A DNA stretch of 64,000 bases from the human T2T-CHM13v2.0 reference genome, Homo sapiens. Under the pieces are notes generated by a model, which was given only the letters and a program-made list of their open reading frames with translations, was not told the origin of the DNA and ran no database searches. Below, piece by piece: positions 1-18,005 of the stretch. The first letter of the stretch is position 1; every line of letters starts with the position of its first letter. The translations under genes and the position numbers were made by a program. The DNA is taken from the NCBI RefSeq assembly GCF_009914755.1, contig NC_060928.1. The stretch is one strand, 5' to 3'.

Positions 1-235
1 TGCCAACTGAATGCAATGGAGTACCTAGATGAAATCCTGGAACAGAATGAGGGCATTAATTTTAAAAACTGGTGAAATTCAAATAAAGTCTAGATTTTAG
101 TTAATAGCCATCTACCAATGTTGGTTTCTTAGTTTTGATGAGTAAGATGTTAACAATGGGAATAAGTGGGTGAGGGAGCACATAGCAACTTTTCTATAAA
201 TCTAAATTCATTCCAAAATAAATAGTTTATTTAAA
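1..235 (+). mobile_element. Old L1M (L1MC/ME-type) 3' UTR fragment
   Basis: Motifs atcctggaacagaa...aaaactggtgaaattcaaataaagtct...gcaacttttctataaatctaaa...ttccaaaataaa match recalled L1MC/ME 3' ends. Confidence 0.65.
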
Positions 236-358
236 GGTAAAGCCTCAAAACTAAAATGGTCAATTTTGGCTCCTTGCTGAACTTAAGCTCCTTGCTAAGC
301 GGACAGTGGTTGTCGCCAAAGTGCCTTGACCTTTGGCTCCTATTAAACATAGCTATCA

Positions 359-815
359 TGTCAAAAAAAATGTTTTAATACGTCTTAAAATGGCAAGGAA
401 GACTTTATTCAGGACTATTGCAATATGTGTCAAGACTATTTTAAGAGGGGAGAGCGATCAGGCTCAACTCTAAATACAATAAAGACAAATAAGGATTTAT
501 AACCAATGAGTAGAGTGAGGGGGTGAATGGATGGCAAATCACTGGGAGGAGACATCCAGGGTAAGGGGAAGTTGCTAAACCAACTGAAGAGGATTCTTGA
601 AGGCAAGCCAAGAACTTATACATCAAAAGTGTGTGGTCAGGAACTTGATCAGATATCAAGGGTGGGGGAATTCTCAATAAAATTACTTGGCAGAATTCTT
701 GCTGAGACTGGACTAGGCAAGCAACAGACAGGACAGGGGCCAAGGTTGAGGCCTGGTCAAGAAGAGGGCACAGGGGAACCCAGCTGAAATTCAGTCAAGG
801 AGAGGGTCTTTGTCA
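359..815 (-). mobile_element. Solo ERV1 LTR, MER31-like
   Basis: The reverse complement begins TGACAAAGACCCTCTCCTTGAC and ends TGACA (TG...CA termini), about 457 bp. Confidence 0.7.
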
Positions 816-3800
816 TTATCAGTCACACTGATACCATCTGGTTCGAATTTGAGTGGTGACTATACTACCCACATTCACCTCATAGCTTGACTTGCATCCA
901 GATGATTTGGTTGTATTGTCTTGGCCTGGGAGCAGATTCCACTTAAGATTTCACATTCACCATCTAGAGTTTGGCCATTGGCATTACGGGTGTTGATGTT
1001 ATTTGAGCCAATTTCCTCCCAAATTGATTGGTTTGTGGTCCTGGAGACAGTAAGCTTTTGGGATTTGGCATGTGATTTTACAGATGATTTGGTACCTGGA
1101 ATCCACCAAGCCGTTCTTTCTCAGAGCCAAAGCCCTTGAAATATATTGACCTTTCCAGTCAAAAGATCCTTATCCAGGTGTAAGAACTGTAAAAACTTTA
1201 CATGTAATGCAAACATGAATTCCATAGATCTGCCAATTTAGGTATAGAAGATAAACTACAGAAGGACTTTATTTTCCTCTGGGCCAGTCCAGCACATTAA
1301 TTCACATTAACATATTCAGGTAAGGAAGGCTTTGAAAAAATTAATAAGCTCAGTCTCCACTTTGCGTTATTTATTCTTGGTGCAGAATGTACGGTTTTAT
1401 TTGTTTGTTTGTTTATTTTGTCATTTGGGTAATTCCTGGAGCAGTATCTCTCCATGTAAAGTCAAGTGACAAAATGAGGGCAGCCAGGCAATTTCAAACA
1501 GAACCAGTTTTGTTTTTTTGGCCTGTATTCTGACCTAAAATAATCCACACAATAACCCCATTTCTTCACCTGACTTTGGCTCTGGAGACACCTTAGAGTT
1601 GTGTCTGCAGAGAGACAGATTGCGTCATGGAGAGCACCAAAGCAGAGGCCTTGCTGGGGTAAGGCCCTTGAAGGCTTATAGTGGCACATCGGCTGGGCTA
1701 GTGAAAACAAGTTCAAAGTTGGTTGGGCTTTTTTGTTTTGTTTTGTTTCAGTTCCAAAAAAAATTTTCATAGGCAAACGCATTCTGACTCTTCCAACTCC
1801 ATAAATACATTCTGAAAAGACATGAAAGAAGGTCACAAAATCCAACCAAATACATGCCTACCTGTAAAGTCTTGTTCTGCTGTCATTTAACTTGTGGTTT
1901 TTCCTTGGGGAATCTTTTAATATAGGGAGAAAGTGAAACCATGGTTAAAATATTTGGCAAAATGTAACCATTATTAATAAGCAACACATAGACGGATTGT
2001 TAGCCAATACCTCAATGCTTTGAGGTTACTTAAGTATCCCACCAGCACAGTGGTAAAGTGGCAAACACAGAATTCTGTTGCCTTAGAAGAAGCTGACCAG
2101 AAAATATAAGTGTTTCATTATTTCTGAAGTGTTTGCAGGTTCCTCCCCTTTTCATTTTCCTTCTTGCAAAACTTTTTAATTCTAGCACCATCTCTTAGCC
2201 AGCTTTTAAAATAAAATTAATATATGTTTATGACTTCATTTCTTTTCAACAGTTTATGATATTTAAGGACAAGCCAACCACAGTTTATTTATAGAACTTG
2301 ATCCTATTTCTGTTTCTTATTTTGTCTCCTGGAAAGCAGAGGAAAGAGCTCTAAATTTGTCAGAGAAATTAGACATTGAACTTTACTTTCCCCAACTTCT
2401 ACAAATAAACTTGAGCATTTGTTTCAAGATAAGATTAAAAAATTATATCATTTGAAAATAAGATTACTAAAACATTAGGTCTAGATAATTAAATCTGTAC
2501 AGGTCAGGAAATATAAAAGTTGATTATTCTGATTTTAAGCATTATTGTTTATAAGGATGCTGTAGTCTCTAATAAGACTTCAGCACTTCCTGAATTCTAT
2601 ACCATTTCAACTTCAAATGAGATTTAAAATTTTTACATGTCACACCCTGGTTATTTGTCAGTGTGCATGGAAGAAGAAAGAGGAAGGGAAAATAATTCTG
2701 GAACTTAATTAATTGTGAAACCAGCCTCAGCCCCTGGATGTGGTCTTGTTGACTGCAGAGATAAGGCAGTTTGGGGTCAGTTGTCTATTGTGCTTTCTTT
2801 TGCCAATGATCGTTCTATTCATTCACTCATTCATTGCATTTTTTATTCATTCATTCAGAACAAATGAAAGAACTTTTCCTTTTGGCCATTTACTTCTGTT
2901 CCCTTTTACTCAAAGGTAGCAAAATACATGATGAAACTTCCTTGAACAGAATTAAAACAAGCCTGAGTTTTGGAAGATGTCAAAATTAAATTCTAGAAAT
3001 ACAGGTAAATCTGTAGGATTTTTGGGTTCCAGTCATTCTGAGAATAGTGGTGATTTCCCATATTTAAGAAATGTTTTGAAAGACAGGCTTTGAAAGTAGG
3101 CTATGGGCTGGTTTGCCAGGGTGGTTTATGTTCAAAAATGGAAATAACCTTCTGACAGAGAACCAGAATGGACTAAATACAAGCACATGGTAAACCAAGT
3201 TTTGGCTGCTTCTCTCTCCTTGCAGGTGGATACTGTGAAGGTAGGTGATGGTGTGTATACAGGGCTTCTCCTGGCAATGAGGGAGAGGGTGCGGAAGGGC
3301 AGCCGACATCCCCTACTCTTTCTCACTTACAGAAGTACCCAGAGAGAGCCAAGCTCATGGGTCCCTTGTCGTTGTGTTGAGGGGGCGGCTGTCTAAGGCC
3401 CTTTTGTGGCTGTGTTAAGCAGTTTAAAGAGGGTTTGTAGGCACTTAGAGGGAAAGCATGAACCCAAATTTCTATTTTAACATGTAAGAAGGGACTTAAA
3501 TGCCAGAAAATATAGTACAGCACTCAGAATGTTGTATCACCCAAGTTGCAGACAAGCAAATCTGAATGTAGTTACCACTCCATTGTATCCAGTGCTAGGA
3601 CATGTGTCTTGCCTTCCAAACTCACCCAGTGGTCCTCTGTAGTCAGAGGAAGGCAGAGAGGGCACACAGCCTCACATTTCATGAGGAGAGCTAAAGGGCC
3701 CATCTTGCTGTGAAAACAGTCAGTGTTGCAAGAGGAATGATGCGTCTGGAGGCATAGCTCTGAGGCTGTCTCCTTTCTTCATCAGGCAGGGGAGGCAGAG

Positions 3801-5187
3801 AAAATAAAAGTTAAAAGACTGAGTAGTGTTGCAATGAAACTAAATACCTCGTGAGAAGGCAGGTGTCTTTGTTCCTCTCCCACCATGGACAGCTGGGCTG
3901 TTCCTTCTCTTCTGGGTGCTCTCAACACCTTACTATCAGCTATCACCCAGCAGATAAGAATAAAGTAGCCAAGGAGCAATAGGGGTTTTGTTTTTCACTG
4001 TTTTTGAGATTGTAGAAATTGATAGCGCACTGCACTCTCATCTTGAGATCTGTGGGCTGAGCTCCCAGGGTTCTTAACATGGGCCAAGTTAGTCTGGATG
4101 CAACCTTTTGTTATTGTCTAAGTCACTGGCAGATTTAAAAATCACAGCGGTTCACAGCCAGATGACCAGCCTAGGGATGAAGGCGGGGCAGGGGGCGGTC
4201 AGTATCTCCACTCACATGTCATCTAGTCACGATGCAGAGGTTGAAACACTGAGTTAAAGGAAGCTTATCTTCATATGAAGAATTAGAGGCCACACCTCCC
4301 TAAGCTAAATTTAGAAGTGTTAGTATGTGAACAGGAGGTATACAGTATCTCAGGTTTCCTGGGGCACCAGCCAGATAAGACATTCCAGATAATTCTCTTC
4401 CATGCCTAACTTGTACCTCACCAGTCAGGCCAGAGGAGGCACTGCAGAAGGAGCTGTCCTCTTGTGTGGCTCTGTCCTTCTTTTCAAGTTTGAGGGGGTT
4501 GTGGACCATGTGAGGCTGGACGGCTCACATGTCAGCCGCCAGGCTCTTAGTTACAGACATGGCAAACTTCCATCATTTAAGCAGTGGCACAGATGTTGTG
4601 GAGAAATCCCAGTGCTCTAGCTGTGTGGCAGAGGGAAGGGCCAGGTCTGTGAGAAAATAAAATTATTCTCAGCCTCTCTCCCATATTCCAGTAAGTCTAG
4701 ATTGAGTAAAACATCTAATCTAACTGTGATAAATAGCTATTCAATTGCCTGGCACATGGATTGCCTGCTTTATAGATTTTACCGAGCATGTTTCAAATCC
4801 AGAGACCCTCTCTTACCCTGGTAAATGTCTACCCAGGCTGCTTCCAGCCTGCCTGCATGTGTTCAGGGCAGCAATTTAATTTTTATGTTATCATAAGCTA
4901 AACCTAATCAGGAGGCAAATGTTCTCTGACTAATTTAGCTCTGTTTTCCAGAGCAAGAGATAAATACCTTAGAGTGAGAGGCAATATAGAGTTGTGGGAG
5001 CCAGCACAAAGGAATCAGGGGCCTAGTATGAGTCCTGGCTCTGCTCCTTCTTCACTCAGTGACTTTGAGATAGTTTCCTCACTCCTGGATTTTAGGTTTC
5101 TCATTGGAAATGAAGCTGCATGAGCATAGTGGGGAACAACAGGAGACCTAAGGACTGAGAAGTGAGCATTTGGAGGCAAGTTGCTTA

Positions 5188-5748
5188 CTATGTTTCATCA
5201 AGATACCCCTTCTAAGACACTGTATTAGTCTGTTCTCACAGGGCAAATAAAGACATATCCAAGACTGGGTATTTATAAAGAAAAAGAGGTTTAATGGACT
5301 CACAGTTCCACATGGCTAGGGAGGCCTCACAATCATGGCAGAAGGCGAAGGAGCAAAGGCATGTCCTACATGATGGTAAGCAAGAGAGTGTGTACAGGGG
5401 AGCTGCCCTTTATTAAACCATGAGATCTTGTGAGATTTATTCACTCTCATGAGAACAGCACGGGAAAAACCTGACCCTGTGATTCAATTACCTCTCACCT
5501 GGTCCCTCTCACGACACATGGGGATTATGGGAGTTATAATTCAAGATGAGTTTTGAGTGGGGATACAGCCAAATCATATCAGATTTTTTTTTAAGCTTTT
5601 GTTTTTGCTTTTACCACTTTAAAAATGAGATGTGTTTCACAATCAATGGCATATCCTATTTTATTAACAGCATTTTGTGTCACTCTTAAGACTACATAAA
5701 ATAACAAGTGTCTGATAGTTGACACTTTTTAGATTTGATGAAATACAG
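5188..5748. mobile_element. MER104-like (Tc2/mariner) non-autonomous DNA transposon, interrupted by THE1
   Basis: Imperfect terminal inverted repeats ctatgtttcatca (5188) and tgatgaaatacag (ends 5748); internal ttctaaga...acaatcaatggcat motif. Confidence 0.55.
5221..5581 (-). mobile_element. THE1 (MaLR) solo LTR
   Basis: tgtattagtctgttctcac...gactcacagttccacatggct...cagccaaatcatatca, about 360 bp. Confidence 0.9.
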
Positions 5749-7049
5749 TCATGTTTTTGTTTCTGAGCTGACTTTGTTTATCTGAAAATAAAGCATGAGG
5801 GTGAGGCAAGTCCTCAGATCTCCTTCCTCTCTGAGATTCTGAGTCTTGCTTTGCTGAATTGCACACTCCATCACCTACTTGCACTAGTGGGGTTAATGAG
5901 GAGCTGGCTTAACCTTTTAATACCTTACCTCTGATCCCAATCTTTTCCCAGCCTAGTCTAGACTCTTCTTTCTAGAAGAAAGTTTTCAAGGTTTCTGAGA
6001 AGTTCAAGGTATTGGGACACATTCTTCCTGCAGCACTGATTAGCTGGATGGTGTCTGCTCCTACCAAAACCAGAGGACATCTTTCACAGCCACAAGCATA
6101 ATAATTTTCTGTGACACATATTTTATTATTCATATGTAGCTCCTTGAAGTTACTGGTAGTTAGGGTGTGGCTGTAAGTCTGCAAAGATGAGCAAGGATAT
6201 TGACAACATGCACGCCCTGTCTCTGAGCAGGGAAGGGGTAAAAACACTGAAATTCCTGAGAATGCTCAGTGGAGCAGTGCTGCCCACATCACCTTCCCAT
6301 GAAACTACAGGGACAGAAGGAGCATGAGCTGAAAACAGGGCCACATGGCTCTGGGATTGCCTGAGCATCTGCAAGATTGTGGTCTACTGTTGGGGAGCCC
6401 TGATTTTTGCCCTAAACATTGGATTTGTTTTGTTTTTGCAATGCAAAAAGAAAATACCTGTGATAATACTTACCTTTCACTCATATTCATTCACTTAGTT
6501 TTGAAACCGCTTTCTGTTTCTTTCAGAATCCCTTTATTTGGCACTGAGTTATGTATTTGTATGCTTTGTAACAATAAAATAACTTCAGAAAGAAGCACAA
6601 ATCTAAGTCAACACGTTTCTGAAATCTTTACCTTTTTAAACATCTGCAGATGGATCTGAATGTTCTCAAAATTGTGTCTTTTAGTGCAGTTCTTCGGTAG
6701 TAGTATATGAGTTTTGACATTCTGCTGTAAATAGCTTCTTGGAACCAAGAGTTATATTTGGGAGACTTGTTTCTTACTTAGCATGCTTATGAAAATTCTT
6801 CCGGTAAATACACAAAGTAGTACTTCATGATTTCTTTTTCCGATCAGCAGAAAGTAACATAAGCTCAATCTGAGCCTAGTAACAGATAAGCCTCTACGTT
6901 ATTTGGGTTATTTTATTTTAAATGTTAAGTCCTTTGGTGTCATCTTGCTGATGCCTCAATGTGTCCAGGCAGTAAGGGGAAATGAAGACTTACACTGTGG
7001 GGACAGGAGGCTTGAGGACATCTGCAAGCTGATACAGTGTAGTGGAGAA

Positions 7050-7250
7050 GGCAAGGCTTTGCTTTTGAGTAGATGACAGTAAAACATTGGCTCTGCCCCT
7101 TATCTACCATGTGATGTTTAGATCTCTGAGCCTCATTGTCCTCACTTACACATAATGAGTCAATCACACCTCACAGTGTTATTCTGAAGATTAAAAAAAA
7201 TAACAAGAATGGATTTTCTAAAACCCCATCACATGGGAGGTATTTAAATT
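7050..7250 (+). mobile_element. MIR SINE
   Basis: Core motif ggctctgcccctt...ctctgagcctca...cctcacagtgttattctgaagattaaa. Confidence 0.6.
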
Positions 7251-7941
7251 TACTCCTCTTTCCCATGTCCACACTGCCTTTAGGACCCTTCTTTAACATT
7301 TTTTGGTTTGAATTTTGATTTTTGATTTTGTTCTTCAGTCAATGAAGTATAAAATCTGAATATTTTCACAGTGGTACACATTATGTGTAATATAAACTTA
7401 AAATAGAAAAATTAGTGAAACCTGTCATCTAAAGATACTGTACAGTACACATGAATATATAAAAAAATTTCCAACAAATATGAACAGACTTTTAAGGTGT
7501 TTAAAAGAATAAATGATCTCAGCATATAAAATGCTTTTATTTCCCCCATAAAGATCTCAGCAACTTGAAAACAAGAAACTCTCCCTCCCAACCCCCCGCC
7601 CCCCTCACCGCCTCCCCAGTTATATATCACAGTCCAGGGATAGAGCTAGAGACATTCGTCTTCTGGAGGCCACTGGAGAGTCAGGTCTCCTCATCTGCAT
7701 CTGAGTCCTGGAAGGCAGTACAAATTGAATACAAAGTCCTGTCCTGAGGTATCCTTCCCAGGACCCTCTTGCAGCGGCACAAGCCTAAAGATGGCCATAA
7801 AGTTAAATAGACCATTTTTTTTAGGTAGATAAAACCCATAATATTCACACTCTGCAGATTCTGGCTGTCTCCTCTCTCTTGACCCAAGTTCCTGCAGAGG
7901 AACCCAGGCCACCACCCTCAGATTTTAGGACACTGGGATCC

Positions 7942-8478
7942 TGTATTGGTCATGATTAGAGAATCAAATAATAAAATATGTTACATGTATGTGTGTGTGT
8001 GTGTGTCTGTGTGTGGGTGTAGAGAGAGAGAGAGAAAGAAAGAGAGAGAGATTTATTGTAAAGAATTGGCTCGGATGATTACAGTGGCTGGGAAGTACCA
8101 CCATCTTCTGTCTGCAAGCTGGAGACTAAAGAAAGCCAGTGGTGTAATTTAGTTCAAATCTGAGGGCCTGAGAGCCAGGGTTGTTGACGGTGTGATTTAG
8201 TTTAAGGACCAGAGAAGATGAGGTGAGATGTCCCACATTATGCCATGAGGCAGAAAAAGAAGAGGCAAATCCCTCCTTCCTCTGTGTGTGCTCTGTTCAG
8301 GCTCGCCACGGATTGGATGATGCCCACATACTTTGAGGAGGGCAAACTACTTTACTGAGTCCATGGATTCAAATGCTAGTTTTATCCAGAAACACCCTCA
8401 CAGAGCTTACCCAGAAATAATGTTTAATCTGGGCACCTTTTGTCCCAGTCAAGTTGACACAAAGAATTAACCATCATG
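7942..8478 (-). mobile_element. MLT2 (ERVL) solo LTR with internal (TG)n(AG)n microsatellite
   Basis: Ends ccagtcaagttgacacaaagaattaaccatca; internal gtctgcaagctggagac...aaagccagtggtgtaatt. Confidence 0.85.
7988..8050. repeat. Compound (TG)n/(AG)n microsatellite
   Basis: Directly visible in the sequence. Confidence 0.95.
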
Positions 8479-8811
8479 GGTCCCCAGGTCTCCACTGTCA
8501 TAGCAGTGACACCCTAGGAGGATGGGCCACTGGGAGTTGTTAAATAGCTTTCAAGAGAAGACTTGTCCAGTTTTTCAGACTCCTGTATCTATGTCAATAT
8601 AATTCGGCTCATTCAAGCTCAGGAGGCCTGGAGACATATAAGGCTTTTATTCCCAGCACTAGCCTGTCAGAAGTTTTCTATTCTCTATTATGGTTTGTTA
8701 CCATAGAATGTGGAGGTGATTGCAGTCATAGTAGAGAAAGGTAAATATGTGAATGCACATGTTATTGTGACCTCCCAAACTTTGGCCTGAGGGGGTGACT
8801 TTCAAGGGCAG

Positions 8812-9187
8812 TGCTATGAACTGAATTGTATTCCCTTAAAATTCAGATATTGAAGCCCTTAAGCTTCAATGTGATGGTATTTGGAGATAAGGCTTTCAGA
8901 AGTAATTAGGTTTAGATGAGGTCAGAAGGATGGGGCTCTTGTGATGGGAGTAGTGCCCTTCTAAGAAGAAACACCAGAGAGCCTGCTCTCTGTCTCTCTC
9001 CATCTCATGGGAGAACACAGGCAAAAGGTGGTCATTAGCAACCCAGGAAAGGGCATCTCCCCAGAACCTGACCTTTTGAGACCCTGATCTCAGACTTCTA
9101 GCCTCCAGAAATGTGGGCAAAAAATTTTTTGTTGTTTAAGCCACACAGTCTGTGGCATTTTGTTATGGCAGCCAAAGCAAGTAATAT
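8812..9187 (+). mobile_element. MLT1A-like (MaLR) solo LTR
   Basis: tgctatgaactgaattg...aatgtgatggtatttggaga...gttgtttaagccac...ttgttatggcagcc. Confidence 0.85.
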
Positions 9188-11129
9188 GGGCAGCATCAGA
9201 CACTGCATCAGACATTTGCACATTCCCCCTTTCACCTAACCTTTGAATGTCAGTGCAGTCTCTGCAAAGCTAGAACAGGTGGACTTTGGCATCCAGTTTT
9301 CGAAAGATTGCATCCCCTGTTAGATGTATTACACATTCTAATGTATCACTCTTTAAAAAACCAAGCATCTTTAGCCTGGCTTTAGAGTTAAATGAACTCT
9401 AGTTAGTCATAACAAGACACTGCAGTTAATGAGAGTTTTGCTTTTCCCAATCATGTTAGAGTGCGGTATTATGTTTCTGTAAAACAAAACAAATAATAGG
9501 ATGTGAAGCTCCACCTAGAAGTAGTTCAGTTATTTCAGTTTCTTTAATTGACTTTGTGTGAGTTTTTGAGTAGTTGAAAGACATAACTATGGCTGTGAAT
9601 ACAAGGGAAGGCATATTCTTTACTAGGTTTTGGCATTTGCCAGAAATTTTACCAAAACATGCACACCAGAGAAGTTTATAAAATGCATGTATTTCATGAA
9701 CATGAAGTCAAAGGTATATTTTATAAACATGTAGTCACGTTTGACTACATTTGTTATATTAATTATATTCACGGGGCTAGGAGAGACAAGTAAATTGGTA
9801 GTTCAACAACTTCTGTGTAATTATATAATCAACCTCACAATGGCTTGAGTTTAATTTTTTAATTGAGTCTTGCATTATTATAGTTGCAATATATAGATAT
9901 TGTAGAAAATTAGAACATTGAAGCAATAGGGAGGAGGGGGCAAGATGGCTGACTAGAAGCAGCTGCTGTCAGTGGCTCTCATGGAGAAGAATGAAAATGG
10001 CAAGTAAATCCTACACCTTCAGCACAGGTATTCAGGTTTTTCTCATTGGGACCAACTAGACAGTTGGTACAACACCCAGAGAGTGAGAAAAAGCAAGGTG
10101 GAGCCACAGCCCACCTGAGAGCCACATAGGTTAAGGGGAATTCCTACCCCCAACCAAGGGAGGTGGTGAGTGATTGTGCTACCTCACCAGGGAAACCATG
10201 CTTTTTCTGTGGATCAGGAGATCCCCCTGTGAGCCTATGCCATCAGGGCCTTGGATCCTGAGCACAGAATCATGTAAACTCTTGGTGGCTGCTTGAGTTG
10301 TAGCCAGCGGCAGCAGTCTGGAGACTCCCTAAGATGACCAGGTTCCTGGGGAGAGGGGTGATGACCATCACTGTGGCTCCAGTCTGTCATTCTCCCCTGC
10401 TGGTGCCAGGGAAGCTGGGCAGTTTGGACTGGGAGGAATTCCCACAGTGCAGTACAGCAGCTGTGGCAGATAATGGCCAGACTGCTTCTTTAGGTGGGAC
10501 CTGAATCCATTCCTCCTCACAGGGTGGGGCCTCCCTGGGAATTTCAGCAATTCTAGCCAGGGGTTTACAGACAGAACTCTGAACTCTCTGGGATGGAGAC
10601 CCTGGGAGGAGGGGTGGCCACAGTTTCCACAGTTTAGTGGACTTTGTCTTTCCTGCCTGCTTGCTCTGAAGAGGCTGGGCAGTCCACATGAGGAGGACTT
10701 CCCCCAGTGCAGGGCACCTGCTCTGCCAAGGGGCAGCCAGAGTACATTAAGTGGGTCACTGATCTGGTGCCTCCTGACTGGGTGAGACATGCCAACAGGG
10801 GTTGCCAGACACCTTATACAGGAGTGTTCCTGCTGGCATCAGATGGCTGCCCTTCTGTGACAGGGTTCCAAGAGGAAGGAGCAACCAGCCATGTTTGCTG
10901 TTCTGCAGTCTCCACTGCTGACACCTCCAGGTGCGGGAGGGACCCAGGTGAATAGGGTCTGGAGTGGACCCCCAGAAAACCACAGCAGCCTTACAGAAGA
11001 GGGGCCAGACTGTTAAAAGAAAAACAAACAAATATAAAGCAACAACAACAATATTGACAAGAAGACCCTACAAAAACCCTATCCAAAGGTCATCAGCCTC
11101 AAAGATCGAAGGTAGATAAACCCACAAAA

Positions 11130-12142
11130 ATGGGAAAAAATGAATGCAAGAATACCGAAAACTCAAAAACCCTGAGTGCCTCTTCTCCTCCAAATTATTG
11201 CAATACCACTCCAGTAAGGGAACAGAACTGGGCTGAGGCTGACATGGATGAATTGACAGAAGTAGGCTTCAGAAGGTGGGTAATAACAAACTTTACTGAG
11301 CTACCAGAGCATGTTCTAACCCAATGCAAACAAGCTAAGAATCATGATAAAACATTATGGGAGCTATTAACCAGAATAACCAGTTTAGAGAGGAACATAA
11401 ATGACCTGATGGAGCTGAAAAACACTACACAAAAACTTCACAATGCAACCACAAGTATCAATAGCCAAATAGACCAAGTGTAAGAAAGAATCTCAGTGCT
11501 TGAAGACTATCTTCTGAAACAAGACAGGCAGACAAGATTAGAGAAAAAAAGAATAAAAAGGAATGAACAAAACCTCTGATAACTATGGGATGGGATTATG
11601 TAAAAAGGCTGAACCTACAACTAATGGGGGTATATGAAAGAGACAAGGAGAATGGACCCAAGTTGGAAAACATTCATCAGGATATCATTCAGAAAAACTT
11701 CCCTAACCTAGCAAGACAGGCCAACATTCAAATCCTGGAAATTCAGAGAACCCCAGTAAAATACTCTATGAGAAAAATCAACTCCAAGACACATAATCAT
11801 CAGATTCTTCAAAGTTGAAATGAAGGAAAAAATGTTAGGGGCAGCCAGAGAGAAAGGCCAGGTCACCTACAAAGGGAAACCCATCAGACTGACAGCAAAC
11901 CTCTCAGTGGAAACCCTACAAGCAAAAAGAGATTGGGGGCCAACATCAACATTCTTAAAGGAAAGAATTTCCAACCCAGAATTTCATATCAGGCCAAACT
12001 AAGCTTCATAAGTGAAGGAGAAATAAAATCCTCTTCAGACAAACAAATGTTGAGGGAATTAGTCACCACCAGGCTTGCCTTGCAAGAGCTCCTGAAGGAA
12101 GCACTAAATATGGAAAGGAAAAACCATTACCAGCTACTATAA
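11130..12142 (+). pseudogene. Disrupted L1 ORF1p
   Basis: Fragments MGKNECKNTENSK..., WDYVKRLNL...FPNLARQANIQI, MKEKMLGAAREKGQVTYKGKPIRLTA, ...LQELLKEALNMERKN, broken by stops and frameshifts. Confidence 0.9.
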
Positions 12143-12223
12143 AAACACACTGAGGTATGCAGACCAATGACAATATGAAGCAACTACATTGACAAGTCTG
12201 CAAAATAACTGGCTAGAATCATG

Positions 12224-16373
<4,150 letters not shown>

Positions 16374-18005
16374 AACAATGTGAACACATAGACACAGGGA
16401 GGGGAACAACACACACTGGGGCCTGTCAGGGTCGGGGGTGAAAGAGGAGGGAGAGCATCAGGAAAAATAGCTAATACATGCTGGGCTTAATACCTAGGTG
16501 ATGGCTTGGTATGTGCAGCAAATCACCATGGCACATGTTTACTTATGTAACAAACCTGTACATCCTGCACATGTACCCCAGAACTTAAAATAAATAAAAT
16601 TAAAATTAAGAAAATAAAAAATAATAAACACATTCACATAACTTTTTTTAAAAAGAAAATTCAAGCAACAAACTTTTTTAGTAGCAACTTCCTCTTCTCA
16701 CCACCCAAAGATCACCACTGTTCTTGAGTATATCTTTAAAATGAAGTCAGTGAATCCTAAGATTAGGGTTTGAGACTGTGCCACCATTGTTGAATGTGAA
16801 TTTACTCCAGGGGCAGTGCTCTTTATTTCCAGGGTAACTTTCAGAAACAGTTCCCTCTGGGAACATATTCAGAGAAGTTCTTTAAAAGAAAACATTCTAA
16901 AGCAATCTCCCTAGTGATATGCTTGAATTAAGTTGTCACCATTCCATGACACGTACAGTTTAGTCCTAATTCTTTTTATATGCAAAATCATTATCACTCC
17001 TTCAGTCAATCAGCTCACTATTCAGAGGACAGCTCTCTGGCCCCATGAAGTACACTTCCTAGTTTCATGCATCTTTTCCTACTTTTCTGTTAACACTGCA
17101 ACAGGAAAAAAAAGTTGAATCTCTACTGCCTTACCTCACCACTGACATCATTTTAAAAATTGTTCCAGGGACCAGATATTGTCTTGTATCTATAGTGACA
17201 ACTCAGAGTCTTATACTAAGTTAGAGGGAAAATTAGAGGAACTGATTACAATTCATGACCAGGACAGGTCTTACAAGAAGACTCTAGAGCATTCATCTGA
17301 CCCACCCCTCATGTACTATGAGAGTCATTGTATATCTCAGTAGGTAGTAGATTGTTGTGGCTTTGGTCACTGAATATGGTCTGGGAATAGGTTTTTCAGA
17401 AAACTAAAATATCTATCCTTTTCTGGAGAGAATGTCTGAAATCTTAACTCATAACTATTTTGAGGGGGAGATCTTTTAAATGTATGCTTTTCTGACTCAG
17501 GAGACAAAACAGACTGCATCATTCTTGCATCTGTGGATGACTCAAGGTCATTGTCACAGAACTTCAGTGATGGAGTGATGTCATAGGATGCTGGTACAGT
17601 GGATAGCACTACCAGCTATGAAACTTCAGTAGGAGTTTCTCCTCCTATCTGGAAAGCTGGCTATTCTGGTCACCATGACTGGACCTGATTTATATCATCC
17701 CTGTCAATGCTTCTCTCTACTGTAGCTTCTGCAGCCCATGGCTCTATTCCTTCAACATCCCCTCCTGCTCCCATGTACTTTTATCCATTACTTTTCCTCT
17801 CTTCTTAGATTTGGCCCTGGAGAATTTACCTTCTTAACCAGAACAAGTGCTTGGACAGTTTTGGACACTCAATTATTATTTTAATTCCTTCTGGCTTCCC
17901 TTTCCACCCCACCCCTTCACCTTCCAGTTTAGCAATCCTTCAAAACTTCTTGTTGTCTTTATTCTTTGTATCATTGATGTCTTCTTGGCTGTTTTTTAAG
18001 GTTTA

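Noticed and set aside
7585-7620. C-rich Sp1/EGR-like or G-quadruplex patch (also GC boxes at about 4181-4198)
   Set aside because: Isolated and very short with no CpG island; insufficient to call a promoter.
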